This document shows, one piece after another, positions 27,331 to 47,720 of a stretch of 64,000 nt of DNA. The stretch's first letter is position 1. Every line of letters begins with the position of its first letter. Location: assembly GCF_009914755.1 (NCBI RefSeq), contig NC_060928.1, one strand, 5' to 3'. The stretch comes from the human T2T-CHM13v2.0 reference genome, Homo sapiens. Below the pieces are notes generated by a model. The model did no database searches, was not told the origin of the DNA, and saw nothing but the letters and a program-made list of their open reading frames with translations. The position numbers and the translations under genes are program-made.

Positions 27331-27888
27331 GGTGTATTAATCGTATTTTTTACTTTCTGTATTTTGTAATGTTTTGACATTTTAAAATACCTTTCTGGCT
27401 GAGCAGACTGCCCTTCTAGGGCTAGCCAATTCTTAGGGATAGCAAATGGCTGGAACACAACTTTCATATGCAAACCAATCAATCTTGAGTATATAGCTCT
27501 AACCACATCCTTATCTAATTCTTACACACCAAGCCAATATCTCCCCTGCCCTAAATCATTTCAGGGCCCAGTACCAGCAACTAGAGATTACCCCTATATC
27601 CCAAAGCCCATTGGAGTTATTTAAAATAGCCAGTCCTAAACTCTTTACTCTGCCCCTGCCTCACCTTTTGCAAGGAAATCCCAACAGAGGTTCTGGTCTA
27701 GACTTTCTCTTTACTCCTATCTTCTGCCACTGCACCAAAACCTGGTGCTTTGCCTCTAGCCCTGTGTGGCATGTGGTGACTCCTCTCTCTGGGACCTGTG
27801 AGTATAATAAACTTCTTCCTTCCAAGTCATGTTCTTGTTTCTTCTTGTGACTGTACCAAATTTACCAACATGTACATTCTTAGAACAC
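27331..27888 (+). mobile_element. Solo ERVL-type LTR (MER74/MER54-like)
   Basis: gactgcccttctagggctagccaattcttagggatagcaaa...tttcatatgcaaaccaatcaatc resembles the recalled MER74 consensus. Internal aataaa near 27806 and a ...CA end. Subfamily uncertain. Confidence 0.7.
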
Positions 27889-28787
27889 AAGGCTTGAATT
27901 ATTTTTGTATTTACTCCTTAATATCCTTCTAGGGGCTAACTGGGTCCATTGCATGTAAGAGGTTCCTCTTCTCAACGTGGAACTATAATGTAAGAAGTTG
28001 GGGACATTTATGGGATATACTCACATATCTGAGAAAGGACAATGAAGACATTTCAACTAAAGACAACCATATTAAAATCAAATTGGAAATTTATTTAAGA
28101 AGAGATTGTAGCCATAATAGAGATAGGCATGTGTAAATGTAGGGCAAACAATTCCCCCCCCAAGTCTTTGGGATTTTGCTTCTGACTCAAGACAATTCTA
28201 TTGAGGAATAGTAGGCAGCCTCTAATTCTGGGCTGGCTTTTGAATAAGCTGTTATATTCTTTAAGACATTTATCATCAACTTCTTATATTTCTCAATTGT
28301 GAACTAAAAGTGAATTGTAGTTAAAGTAGCCTGAAGGGATATTAATTAGATTTTTCCCCTTAATCTTTTGAGAGGATGTCCTGTCAGCAATGAAGCATTT
28401 TACTGTTAATCAGAAAATCAGCTGCATAGGCTGGACGGGAAAAGAGATAAATCTCAAATCAATCAATTTTGCACTTGTCAGCAGCTCAGGTGAAATATTG
28501 GTAGAGTTAGGGTATAAAGCTATTACCGAAGAGGAAGATTCTATTCAATTCATCATACATATATTGAACTCTCTTGTACCCAGCACCATGTTAGAGATTG
28601 GGACTACAAAGATGAACAGGTATAGGTTCTGAATTCAGACTGCTTGGGGTTGAATCCTGATCCTACTATACCGTGGGTAAGTTTCTTTAACTCCCCATAT
28701 TAACTAGGGTAAAGACAACATATCTGTCACAAAGAGATTCCAAAGGCATAGTAGGCTAAGTCAGGTAGTTGTTTATTTCTCTCTCTC

Positions 28788-28956
28788 TTTTTTTAAATTT
28801 TTTAGAGACAGAGTCTTGCTGTGTTGCCCAAGCTGGGCTAGAGTGTAGTGCCATTATCATAGCTCGCTGCAGCCTCAAACTCCTGGGCTCTAGCAATCCT
28901 TTCACCTCAGCCTCTCAAGTAGCGCAGACTACAAGCGTGTGCCACTGCTCCTGGCC
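28788..28956 (-). mobile_element. Alu monomer (FRAM/AluJ arm) inside an old MaLR LTR
   Basis: Single Alu arm, gagacagagtcttgctgtgttgccc...ctcctggcc. Confidence 0.85.
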
Positions 28957-30457
28957 GCTCTCTCTGTTTTAAGAGTCCTGAGATGTGAATCCAGATGAGC
29001 TCTGCTTCATAAGATCCTTCAGGAACCCAGTTCCCTTAGTGATTTTTCTAAACATATTGTTTTCATTTGCCTGGTTGAAGCTGTATTCCTGCCATGTCTT
29101 CTTTCAAGTCCCAAAGAAATGTTATAAGGCCAAGACTCAGACATGAAAACAAGGCTTCATCCACATCCTATTTGCACAAACCTGGTTACCAGGGCAGAGC
29201 CAGCTGCAAGGGAGTTTGGGAAATGTAGTCTCTAGCAGGGCAGCCAAGTGTCCAACTTGAAATAGAGGTGTGGATTCTATCAATAAAGGGACAGTAGGAG
29301 GAATGTTAACAATCTCTGCCATACCTCCTGAAGCTTCTGTTTCTTTATCTCTAAAATGGGAGTAATCATAATTCCATTATATATGTGTAAGGATTACAAT
29401 GAGAAAATGGAAGAAAGGTTTTGGCAGTGTCTGGAACACAGTCAGTGTTTAACAAATGTTCGCTATTATTTTCATTAAAACAACAATAGTTAATCTGAAA
29501 CAACCGAAATCCATCAGTGGAGAGAATCACTTAAATCATTAACCAGGGTTATGAGAGCACATAGGAGAGAGCAATTAATTTTCTACAGTGGGAAGAATAG
29601 GAGAAAAGGGAGGATTTATAGAATGGGTGACATTTGAACTAGTCCTTAAAAATAAACAGGATTTTGCAAGGCAGGAAACGAACAGCAGTATATTCCAGCA
29701 AAAGAAAACAGCATGGAAAAGTCTTGCTTATAGGAAAGTAGAATTGGGCAATATTTCTCACAGTGTGATTCTTGAACCTTCTACTTTGGAATCATCTGGG
29801 TCCTAGCCAGATGATATACAAAATAAAATATCTGGTGACGCCTCCTTGGAAACTGCATTTAAAAAAAAATCTGCCCCAGCATATTGTTATACACACTAGA
29901 CTGAGTTGGAGCATAGCAACCCTAAGGCACAGAATGTTGGATTTTGTGGGGATTCCAAAGAACTCTGCTGCCTATTTAATCAAAAGCTTTGTAGATAAAC
30001 AATATTAAGAAGTTTAAAAATAAAATAAAATGTCACCATTTTTGATACATTGAGTTCTAATATCAACCCTCTTAAATTTAAAAACAGATGAACCAAGCAC
30101 TGCTATGGTTATCACCCAGTGCCAAGCTTAATAATACATACCCTATTCCATGAAGCATTTGCACGTTCACACAGATTTTGCCAGGATGAGGCTGGTTCCG
30201 ATCTTGTTTTGTAGCCATTTTGATAGCCAAGAAATACTGCTTGCTATTAATAGCAGCAATAAATGTGTGCTCCTAGAAATTGTCACAGCATAAAAAGCAT
30301 ATCTTTCTGAATTCTAATGGATGTACATGTAAGATGACAAAAAAAACTGAATACATGTGACACTATCTTAAGTCTGCTGAGTTATCTTAACAGAAGGACT
30401 ATTTTTGCTAAGATTATATATTATCCTTCAAGTTTGAGTTGATAAAGAATTTTCACA

Positions 30458-30737
30458 TTTCTTTTTTTTTTTTTTTTGAGACAGAGTCTCGCTCTGTTGC
30501 CCAGGTTGTAGTGCAATGGCATGATCTTGGCTCACTGCACCCTCCGTCTTCCGGGTTCAAGCGACTCTCCTGCCTCAGCCTCCTGAGTATCTGGGACTAC
30601 AGGTGCACACCACCAGGCCTGGCTACTTTATGTATGTTTAGTAGATACGGGGTTTCACCATATTGGCCAGGCTGGACTCGAACTCCTGACCTCGTGATCC
30701 GCCCGCCTTGGCCTCCCAAAGTGCTGGGATTACAGGC
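30458..30737 (-). mobile_element. AluS, slightly 5'-truncated
   Basis: Dimeric Alu ending at gggattacaggc. TSD cacattt. Confidence 0.93.
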
Positions 30738-31201
30738 CACATTTATTTAACCATGAATCTAAGAATATTTTCTAAATAAGCACTGTTAAATAAATTGGAA
30801 TGAATCATACGAACAAAACAAGAAGTTCTAGTCAATAGATCAAATGTGGCTATTTTATAAACCCAAAAATGTAATATGGTTTGCGTACATACATAATATA
30901 TGCCATTAAAAACTACAGAGAAAGTTTTACAATACCACATCTACTGTGACATGGGTGAAGTTATGTGGAAATTAACAACAGCAATTTGAGTTATAGGACT
31001 TGGCTTTACTACACTAACTGAGCATCAGTTGTGTTATGTACCAACAGAGAAAGTATGTGTTAAGACAGACAGCATGTCATCAAATGTTTTCATATCATCA
31101 AAGAATTTTCTTTTGTAATGTGCTGGACCAATATGGTCTGTGCTATTTTAAAAAATATCTGTTTCATTTGAGTTATGAAAATAATTTCATATATATTTTA
31201 G

Positions 31202-31306
31202 GTTAAAGACAATACCTTTAACAGAGAAGAAAAGCTGTTTAGAGCTTTAGAAAAGACTGTGAGGCTTTGTGTGAAGAACATTTCACTCTGTCTTCAACAC
31301 ATACAG
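31202..31306 (+). CDS. ARHGEF38: ARHGEF38 coding exon (probable exon 8), BAR domain start
   Basis: attttag|GTTAAA...ATACAG|gtaggt, 105 nt, phase 0 to 0. VKDNTFNREEKLFRALEKTVRLCVKNISLCLQHIQ. Confidence 0.93.
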
Positions 31307-32739
31307 GTAGGTGAGACACAACTGTTTTCAGTGTTCTACAGGAACATCTGATACAAACCATTGATTTCCATGGTTGTTTTGAAGAGTAAATGTGACTGTT
31401 CCTTCCTTTATGTTATGACACCGGATCAAAATTGGAAGGCTGCAAACTGCTGGTAAAGGAAGCCAATATATAGAGGTGTTTTGCTGTTTGACCTCTTACC
31501 TGCTCCACTCTCTCCCCAGTCCAAATAGTCATATTGTGGGACTTTTTTGCTCAGATGATTGCTTCATGGACTATCAGCATGCTTTCTTTGCAACAGAGAT
31601 GAGTTCATTAACACAAAATTGCAAGAGACAGAAAATTTGTTTGTTTGTACTAACACATCTCTTTCTAGTACCTAAAATAAGTATAAAAATCAATATAAAG
31701 GAAAATAAATTGAACTACAAAATCCTATTAACTACAATATGGAAATGCTCCCATGAGATTATGTTAGAAAACAGAAATACTCCCAGAAATTTCCAATCCC
31801 ATAAGAAGTTGTCCTGACCCTTTGAGAATCACTGATTTCAACCAACTAATTGGAGTACAGTATGATTATGCTCGGTAGAAAAACCAGTCAGAGGTTTTTT
31901 CTAATCGATCTCATAAAGAGGAAACAGTGTCCTTCATGCCACCTTGACAATGGCTATGACCATGACACATAGAAAGTTAGTAGTGTTACATGTAAATCAG
32001 TTACTAAATTGTCCCCTTCTATATTCCAGAAGTTTTTCTCCTGGATATCTTAGATATCCGTTTCTGGAAGCAGATGTTTGCACTCTTAGATAAAATATCA
32101 GAATGATTTGGAGACAAGTTTCCATGTACATGTACCATTCTGTTCTTATTTATTATCTGATACAAAGCCTACTTTACAATCCGGTTTGCTATTTTCTTCC
32201 TAAAATGCTGCCTTCTGTGAAAAGAAAACCAAAAACAGTTATAACAGCCAGAGAGTAGTGGGAACCCCATCCTTTATGTATCTTTCAAGGAGTAAATGTC
32301 TCTTGGGAACATCTACAGGAAAGTCTTCTATTTCCACTAATAGATTCAACAAAAAATGTAAGCATTTTCTCTTAAAGAGAGCATTAAATTTTCTAAGGAA
32401 AACTGATGAATTTAAATCAAAGAGGAGTGATTTTTAAAATAAGAAATTTGTAAGAATTGCAAGCTAAAGAATAGCTAATGAGGGAATTTAAGATGGACTG
32501 TTTAATCAAAGAGGGTCGTATACAGAGTACTATGAGAAAGAGACATAAGGAAAATGTAAGGAAATATATTCTTACAAGCAACCTGATTGTACAGAGCATT
32601 TATAAAATGTTTGTTGTTCCTTTTTAAATAACCTCTCAGTGATAATTAAGGGTTATGCTGATGAAGTCCACATTTGGGATATGTTAATTATACTGACCTC
32701 AAAACTTGCCTTTTTTGTAACTTTGTTCTTGGGTTTCAG

Positions 32740-32859
32740 GATGCCATGCCCCTGGCTCTGCAGAGTGTGATGGACCTTCAGGAGATTTCATACAACAAAG
32801 ACGATGAGATGGACTATTCTGAGACCCTAAGTAATGCCTTAAATTCGTGTCATGACTTT
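32740..32859 (+). CDS. ARHGEF38: ARHGEF38 coding exon (probable exon 9), BAR domain
   Basis: gggtttcag|GATGCC...GACTTT|gtaagt, 120 nt, phase 0 to 0. DAMPLALQSVMDLQEISYNKDDEMDYSETLSNALNSCHDF. Confidence 0.93.
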
Positions 32860-33173
32860 GTAAGTTATTTATATTCACAGATAAATGCAAATTAAATAGT
32901 GAGGTTGAAAGGAAAGCTGCTTTTTGTTTGTTTTTCTGGAGTCAGAAATAAAACATGCACTAAAGCAAATATTAATGTCAAAATTAGTAGATTTAAATGG
33001 GATTTTTTTAAATCATTTAATATTTTTAAAGTGGATTAGTGAGGATTTTACTATGATGGAAATTTAAGAGGACCACAGATTGTGTTTCTAGGGGTAGCCA
33101 GTGTCAGTGCAGCTTTTAAAATTAATATTTAGTTTAAGTCTGCATGTGAAATATTAAGAAATTATTAAGTTAG

Positions 33174-33431
<258 letters not shown>

Positions 33432-34103
33432 AGCTATGCTTTTCTTAAACAAGTCTCTGGAAATGCCTTGAGTCCTTACAGAAAGAGCAAAGGTACTCAC
33501 TGAGGATATGACACTTATTAACATGCTATATACTGGAAGGCAAAGACTTCCTATTGAGAAAGACTTTTATTTAAGAGTCATATGTTATTTATTTTGTTCC
33601 ACGGTAAAACATTTATTTTGTAAGAGTTCTATAAAATATATCTTGGGAATCATAAAAACATGCTTGAGCCAATAACACATTTTAGTAGTAAGTTACTCTG
33701 GGTAATATTAATTTTAATTTAGTGCCTTGTGTTTCTATAGGTATTATTATTTCATAGTAGTATTTCAAGAATTATAGAGAAGATAGACTGATCATCTTGA
33801 AAGTGGCATTTTCGTGTTGGCATTATAGGCATTTTGGGTAAGACAAATCTTCATGGAGTGGCCTTTTGGTGGAGGATGTTCAGCATTTTTGGCCCACCAG
33901 GCTCAAAATCTCAGTAACATCCCCTCACATCAAGACGTTGTGACAACCAGTGAAGAGCCTCACATAATTCCAAACCCTAGGAAGTCATACAGCCCCCGAT
34001 CTAGTAGAAAAACCAGGCAGGAGCATTTTGCTTTTCTGGCACTGGGGAATGGAAAGTCAGGCTTACATCTGAGCTAATATGATAGAGAAACAGGTCAACG
34101 ACA

Positions 34104-34213
34104 GATGAATGGATGGATGGATAGGTACAGGCAGATAGATGATGGTGATGATGAGATAGATAGATGATAGATAGATAGATAGATAGATGATAGATAGATA
34201 GATAGATAGATAG
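34104..34213 (+). repeat. Compound (GGAT)/(GATA)n tetranucleotide STR
   Basis: Interrupted GATA arrays directly visible. Confidence 0.95.
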
Positions 34214-35305
34214 TTTTTACAGTATATGTTTAATGGAAAAGGTGTGGCTAGTTCTTTATGTATTTTCTGCATTTAATTATAGAGAGCACACATTCTAGAA
34301 GTCTTTAAAGGTTTGCTCTTTAGCTTAGTTCCAATACATTAAGTTAATATATATTTATTGAGTACCACCTGAAAGTGTGATATGTAGCTTCTCCCTCAGC
34401 AAGCATGCTCCAGACTTTGATGGAAAGAAGCCAGAAGTGTCCTGCATACCTTGCATAAAACCACAAGATGATTAATTAGGCTAAGTTAAAAAAATTGTGA
34501 GAAGGCTCAATATAAAAGTAACTTTTATGGATAACATATATAGAACTCTTTTTAAAAATCAAATATTAAGAACTCAAAATCTGTCTAAAGGCAGAGCAGT
34601 TATTCTTATCTAACCATGAGTAATACATATCTACACTTTTTTAGGACAAAATAATAAAGTCTAATTCTTATTTGTTCTAACAACAATTCCTAAGTAAAGG
34701 TGAATCATTTTGTGTCTGTGAGTCACTGGATATGTATATATATATAATACTGTAATTAGATTACCTGTAGAATCCAGTCAAGTCACAAACATAGTAATTT
34801 ATCCCAGATACAGTAAATAGATTCTTTGTTTATCAAGGGACTCATTAAACAGTCTCTAGGTGTATATTGACTATCTCATAAGCTAGACATCAAATTTAAT
34901 TTGTGTTGGCTATTGCTGGTGCCAATAAGAGATTGGTTTCCCTCTCCCCTAGATTTCCCATGAGTTCAGACCAACTTACCAGGGGCCATTTAAGTTAATT
35001 AATACAAGCTGCTGCTCAGATACTGATTCCCTAGGATAGCTTTCGGGTTACAAAAGAGAAACCTACTTCCAAATTATCATAAAATATCATATAAGCATAT
35101 ATGATAAAGGGTAAAGTAGGGCAGTCAGCAAATGTAAAACAGAAGAGAAATAGAAGAAATTAAATCTAGGATGATCAGGTTATGTCATGAAGTTGGGCAG
35201 TTCTATGAAGTTCATTTTCAATGACTCAGGCCAAAAAGTGTAAACAATTTAAGACACAGAAACAGCATCAGCTTAATCCTTTAATGTATTTAAAACAGAA
35301 TGTGT

Positions 35306-35565
35306 AGGCCAAGGTGAGAGGATTGCTTGAGCCTAAGTGCTCAAGACCATCTTGGGCAATAGAGTGAGACCGTATCTCTACCAAAAATTTTAAAAATTAG
35401 CCAAGCGTGGTGATACATTCCTGTAGTCCTAGCTATTCGGGAGGCTGAGGTGGGAGGATGGCTTGAGCAGAGGCTGCAGTGAGCTGAGAAAGTGCCACTG
35501 CACTCCAGCCTGGGCGACAGAGTGAGACCCTGTCTCAAAATTAATTAATTAATTAAAAATAAAAC
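35306..35565 (+). mobile_element. AluJ, 5'-truncated
   Basis: aggccaaggtgagaggattgcttgagcc...gagtgagaccctgtctc followed by an A/AATT tail. Confidence 0.9.
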
Positions 35566-36190
35566 AAGTTACAACTCTGTGGTCATTTCTGTTTCAAGAT
35601 TAAAATACCTTTATTAAGGGGTTACTATCTGTATAGGGGATATAATTCCACTATCAAACATAAGCCTCCAGGGTAGCCAGGGATTTGGGGCTGATATGGG
35701 AAGAATAGGGTACAGTCTCCTATGGGATGAACTATATTCCTTTTGCTGCCAGCAGAAGGTGGGAGCGATATGGTGAATCTTTTACACAGTCTTGGTAGTC
35801 AAAGGCTAGAGATTCCCCCCTACCCTCAAGTGCTGGCTCTGGGATGAGAAAGGAGGGGAATGAGAAAGTGTTGAAGGAGATGACAATGACAAAACCAAAG
35901 ACTGTAGAGAAAAAAGTGGAGTTATATTTTGGGTGAGCAGGCTTTAACTTTTGTATTCCTCTTCCTGCTCACTTTTTAGGTTCAATGTTACAACCTAGAG
36001 CTCCTGTTTTAAGTCTTTGAATAGGTTTAGCCAGACACAAAATGATCAGATCCTCTTTTAATCTGGGTAGGTGCTTTCCTGTTTTCTTTTGTGCTTCTCG
36101 TGGGGGAAAAGGTAAACCTATGGATAGCAGAACTGGACAAGGTATGGGCTGATCCTCTCTCTGAAATGGGCTCATTTTTTCTTTTGGCAG

Positions 36191-36502
36191 GCATCTCACT
36201 TACAGAGACTCATCCTGACCCCCTTGTCAGCCCTGCTGTCCTTATTCCCAGGGCCTCACAAGCTCATCCAGAAACGCTATGACAAACTGCTGGATTGCAA
36301 CAGCTACCTGCAGCGATCAGCGGGAGAGGAGTCAGACTTGGCCAAAAAGGAGTATGAGGCCCTCAACGCCCAGCTTGTGGAGGAGCTCCAGGCATTCAAC
36401 CAGGCTGCTCGGAAGATTCTGTTGAACTGTCTATGCAGCTTCATTACCCTCCTTAGGGACCTGATGCTCGTGGCACAGCAGGCTTACTCCACACTTGTGC
36501 CG
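36191..36502 (+). CDS. ARHGEF38: ARHGEF38 coding exon (probable exon 10), BAR domain
   Basis: tttttcttttggcag|GCATCT...GTGCCG|gtaagc, 312 nt, phase 0 to 0. Includes LFPGPHKLIQKRYDKLLD and KKEYEALNAQLVEELQAF, the BAR KR..KLLDY-like and LNxxLxEELP-like motifs. Confidence 0.96.
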
Positions 36503-36983
36503 GTAAGCACAGCACCAACACCTAGCTAGCTACCTTGGCCTACTGGATCTGCTAGAAACCACACCCATACGAAAGCCCTGTTCAGAGTGTGCACATGTAT
36601 GCCGTGTGGTGTGTGTGTATTTATTTTAACTAAATCCAGTCAGATAGTCTCCTGTTCCTTATCTGTCTTATCCATGGGAAACTCAAAGAGGGTTTCCTAG
36701 TTCAGGTTTACTGTGACTTACACATTTGTAATTCTTTTTTGGAGATGCCTTTTCAAATACCAAACACCTTTCAGCCTTGCTCCACCTGCCTGATGCAACA
36801 TTGAAGCTTATCAACAATTTATATTTTGTATTTTTTTCTGATCAATAGTTCTTAGATGTTAACTGTGACTATTTAAGATGTGGCTCTAAAAAGAAGGCCA
36901 TCTCAGCATAATGAAAGATGCAGGATAACATTCAAACCATGCTTTGTTTTGATTTCATTTTTCCCCAAGAAAGAGAAGCCTGG

Positions 36984-36986
<3 letters not shown>

Positions 36987-37025
<39 letters not shown>
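36987..37025 (+). repeat. (TG)19 microsatellite
   Basis: Pure TG run. Confidence 0.97.
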
Positions 37026-37027
<2 letters not shown>

Positions 37028-37239
37028 CTTCGCCTCCCATTAGGATATAATTTTATAATTATTTTCCTGATGAGGAAGAAAGATATTTACAACTTATATC
37101 AACTTTTGAAAAATTAGCTTGGTTTCTTGGCCCTACGTTTCAACTACACTAGTTCTCATCTGAATGAGATGGACAGCTATTCAATGGGTAACACCTGGAG
37201 CAGAAATAATTGTCCCTACTTTATTTTCTATTGTGCATT

Positions 37240-39790
<2,551 letters not shown>

Positions 39791-40429
39791 ACTGCTTTCT
39801 CAATGAAACACATTTAATTTGCAAATTATTTCGATAATTTCATTCTGAGGTCATGGTAGAAGGTGGGTTCATAAGTTCAGAACAAAGTTGAGCTTTGGCA
39901 GGAATTTACTAGTCAGAAAAGACATGTTATTTTAGGTATCTTTGATCCCCACTTTGAATCATGTGATTTTTAAAGGCATTTTCAGTTTCTATTTTAAATT
40001 ATCTGAGTATCTTTCACATTGCAGTCCATAGCCAAACAAGAGCATAGAGATGCTTTGTTTTTGAGAAATTTCTAGTGTCTTAAAGTAAAAGGCATTTTGG
40101 AGAAGTTATCCTCATTAAAATGATTTTATTCTTTATTTTATATGTACTGTATATTTAAACTTTTTATTTTGTGATACTTAGAGATTCATATGCAGTGGTA
40201 AGAAGTATTACGGAGATCCTGTACAACCCTCACACAGCTTACCCAATGGTAACACATCTTGCATAACTACATGTATTTCTGAAAGGCAGAATTGAATAGT
40301 GATTAGAGAACACTAGAGTACCTTGTTTTAATACCTGCTCACTGCTATACTACATTGTGTAAATTAATGTATCCTTCTGTTTAAATTTTCTCATATGAAT
40401 TAAAATGAGAATAATAATGTAAATAATTT

Positions 40430-41335
<906 letters not shown>

Positions 41336-42114
41336 AGCTCTATTTTTAATTTTCATTTTTATTAGAGTTATACATACACATAAAGATTCAAGTAGTTATT
41401 CAGGTTTGATGACGAAAAACATTTGTCCTTCGCTCCCTTTATTCCATTTCTCCCGCCTCAGTGGTAACTACTTTCCAACTCTTTTAGATGATTCTCTTGG
41501 TATTTACCTTCATATTTAAAAATAAGACTCTTGTGTTGTCATTTCATTATTAATACACTTTAGGTATAATACATTCCACTACGAAAAATGAGGATTTAGC
41601 TCTCTCTTCTCTCTATACCCCTACATTTGCTATAGTCAGACACACTCTTTCTATACCCCCTTCAATACAGTTATAGCATAGATTTGGTTGAGTTCACATT
41701 AAGCGTGTAAAGTATGTGATTTGTGTATTAGTCATGATTCCAGTAGGAAAAACATAATGCATTCAAGTTAGGCATTTGGAGAAAACTTTAATAACTATTT
41801 ACAAAAATGTGAGTATGGCACAGGAAAACCTTTAGAAATAGTGCCTTGCCCTGGGCAGGCATAGGGGTTTGGGGTACAACAACATCTAGGTTCAAAGAAA
41901 TATGGGGAGGGAGCAGTCATAGCAATGTGTAGAGAGAGAGGTGTGTGGAGAGGGTGACTTGATAGGAGCTGTGTATTTCTGTCAATACTACTGAAAGCAA
42001 AATTAGGAAATAAATATCCTTATCTCATTTTCTTCCCCCATTCTAATTTCCTACAGGTGCTCCTTAATGATGGATTGATTGAATCCATTTGGAAGCCAGA
42101 GAGCAAGAAAGCTG

Positions 42115-42860
<746 letters not shown>

Positions 42861-43302
42861 TTACCCAGTTTTTGAGGGGTAGGGATGTAAACTCCATTTC
42901 TTTGTAGGAAGCAATGTTGAAGAATTTGTTTGAAAACCAGCACAGGCTCTTAATCAGTGCTCCTTCTTTTAGCTGCTTTCCCTTGCCACCATCCTACCCC
43001 ACCACAAGGGAGGTACCTACTGCCATGAGCTCCTGAGCTTTTTTTCCAAGACTTCATTGCTATTTTTTCTCTTCTGTTCTTTCATTTGGCTTGAAACTTA
43101 AAAAAAAATTCCTATCATGTTTGTGGGGTTTCTAGAGACAATAAATTAGACCATATTTATCTAGAAGTTCTAAAGTTGCCCTAACTTTTCACAATGGAGC
43201 TACCATATACCTCCTCAACTGTTCATCACAACTCAATACATTTAACACCTGATATGATTATCTAGGTGTCTGGAAACAATGCCATATTATTTCTACCTAT
43301 AG

Positions 43303-43446
43303 ATGCCACTGTTGGTTTCAAGCATTTCTGAGATTCAGAATCAAGTACTAGAAGAGATCCAAAATTTGAATTGTGTGAAAGAAAACAGTGCCACCTTTAT
43401 TGAGAGGAAACTCAGTTTTGAAAAGAAGAAACCTGTGCAGATTCTG
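43303..43446 (+). CDS. ARHGEF38: ARHGEF38 coding exon (probable exon 11)
   Basis: ttctacctatag|ATGCCA...ATTCTG|gtgagt, 144 nt, phase 0 to 0. MPLLVSSISEIQNQVLEEIQNLNCVKENSATFIERKLSFEKKKPVQIL. Confidence 0.93.
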
Positions 43447-44254
43447 GTGAGTTTGGCAGCATTCATGACAATGATAACTTTCACCTCTTTGCCTTATCCA
43501 AGTTGTAGTATCATATTATTTTCCAGATCACTTATCTCATTCTAATATCCTATAATTTACATATGTGTAGAATTTCTTGTACATTTCTATCCTATATACC
43601 ATAAGCTCCATAAGATCATGGATTTTTTTTCTACTTTGTACATGGCGTATCCCCAAAGTGCCTAAAATGACTAAAATGGTGCTTGTCACAAGGTAGGAGG
43701 CACTCAATAAATATTTGTTGAATAAGATTTTATAAAGATAAATCATATAGTCCAGACATTTCCTTTTCTACATAAGGCATACCAGGCCCCAGAGATAAGT
43801 GGGTTTCTCAAAGTCTCTTAGGGCCCGAGCTGAGGGGGGGAGTATAAGCGTCTTGATTCTTGTCTAATTTGCTGATGATATTTCCCAGATAAAGACATGT
43901 ACATGTACAATTTACTTAGCTGAATACTTAATATGCAACGGGTTGTCTGCAGAATGGCAAAGAGTTTAAAATGGTTGTGCAACATCCAAGAGGGATTAGA
44001 ACCTCTGCCTTCTTATTCTTGTTTTTTCTTCTCTACAACACTGCCCTCCTGTGCTTACTAGAAACATTTTTCCCTGAATAACTCAGCTGGGTACTTTACG
44101 ATAATAGCCTGCTCTATGCCTGCACCTTGAAATAATCCTCTAAAAATATATGACTCCTACGTTTTAAAAATCTCCAGGGAAAAAATATTTACCAACTCCA
44201 TGAGGATTTTATTATGTATCTGTCTAAACCAAAACTTCTCCTTATTTCTCCCAG

Positions 44255-44453
44255 CCAGAAATGCCACATCAAACTGACATTCATCGCTCCAAACTTCTAT
44301 CCACATATAGTGCAGAGGAACTCTATCAAGCTAAGCGCAAGTGCAATGCTACACAAGAATATGACATCAATCTTCTGGAAGGAGACTTGGTGGCTGTGAT
44401 AGAACAGAAAGATCCACTGGGGAGTACAAGCAGGTGGCTTGTGGACACAGGAA
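44255..44453 (+). CDS. ARHGEF38: ARHGEF38 coding exon (probable exon 12), first SH3 domain
   Basis: tttctcccag|CCAGAA...GGAA|gtaagt, 199 nt, phase 0 to 1. LYQAKRKCNATQEYDINLLEGDLVAVIEQKDPLGSTSRWLVDTG is SH3-like. Confidence 0.95.
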
Positions 44454-44569
44454 GTAAGTTTTTCCCCAGAACTACCACTCTTCTTTAAACTGAGATTTTT
44501 CTGAGGGCACATGTTTGGGAAGAGTATACCCATGAACTTGGTTCTTCTTTCTTTTTATTTCCTATCCAG

Positions 44570-44829
44570 ATGTGAAAGGATATGTTTATTCCTCCTTCCT
44601 AAAACCCTACAATCCAGCAAAAATGCAGAAAGTGGATGCTGAGAACAGGTTCTGTGACGATGATTTTGAGAACATCAGCCTCTTCGTGTCTTCACGGCCA
44701 GCTAGTGACAGTGTCACAGGCACCTCAGAAAGCAGCATTGGTGATAGCAGCTCATCTCTTAGTGGCACATGTGGAAAGTTTGAAACAAATGGTACTGATG
44801 TTGACAGTTTTCAAGAAGTAGACGAACAG
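44570..44829 (+). CDS. ARHGEF38: ARHGEF38 coding exon (probable exon 13), end of SH3 plus Ser-rich linker
   Basis: Follows a 116-nt intron. cctatccag|ATGTG...GAACAG|gtaaaa, 260 nt, phase 1 to 0. (N)VKGYVYSSFLKPY...SFQEVDEQ. Confidence 0.95.
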
Positions 44830-45160
44830 GTAAAAATTTGATGTAAAAATATGTGGTTGTTCAAATCATGAAAGAGTATCTCTCTACTGTACTCTATAAT
44901 ACTGTAACACTTGGTGGAAAAGTGCCAGCTTTGACATCAAGGAGACCTGGCTCTATTAGCACAGTGGATCTTTTTGTAAGGAGTTTAATTCCCTGAGCCT
45001 GTTTCCTTAAATGAAGCAAAGAATTAGAGATAAAGTGTGTATGTAAAGTAGCCAGCACAAAGTAGACACACAATAAATGGGAGCTATTACTATTACTACC
45101 CTGCTGTTACATACTTACAGCAAAGTATCTTTTTATACCCCCTCCATCAAAGAAAAGTAG

Positions 45161-45569
<409 letters not shown>

Positions 45570-45788
45570 TAATGCAAAAGCTACTGGTACAATCTTTTTG
45601 CAAAATGGTAAGTTAATTATAGTGCAGGACTTGTTTTTGCTATATCAGAAAGGTTCAGTATACTTAATGGTTCATTCCCCAGTGGTGACCATCTAATTCC
45701 TTTATTTATTTACCTTGCTTTTTCTTTAGTGTTCTATTAATAATTTATTTAAATTTATTTTTATAGAGGTTATGTATATGTATATGTG

Positions 45789-45833
<45 letters not shown>

Positions 45834-45850
45834 GATAGATAGATAGATAG
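45789..45850 (+). repeat. [TAGA]11 TGA [TAGA]3 STR
   Basis: Counted directly. Confidence 0.97.
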
Positions 45851-45885
45851 AGAAGTTAAAATAGTAGAAAAGCATACGTAACTTA

Positions 45886-47720
<1,835 letters not shown>

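Noticed and set aside
35745-35765. Second CTCF-like motif GCCAGCAGAAGGTGG
   Set aside because: Mismatches in the GGGCG part of the core and no upstream module, so too weak to call.
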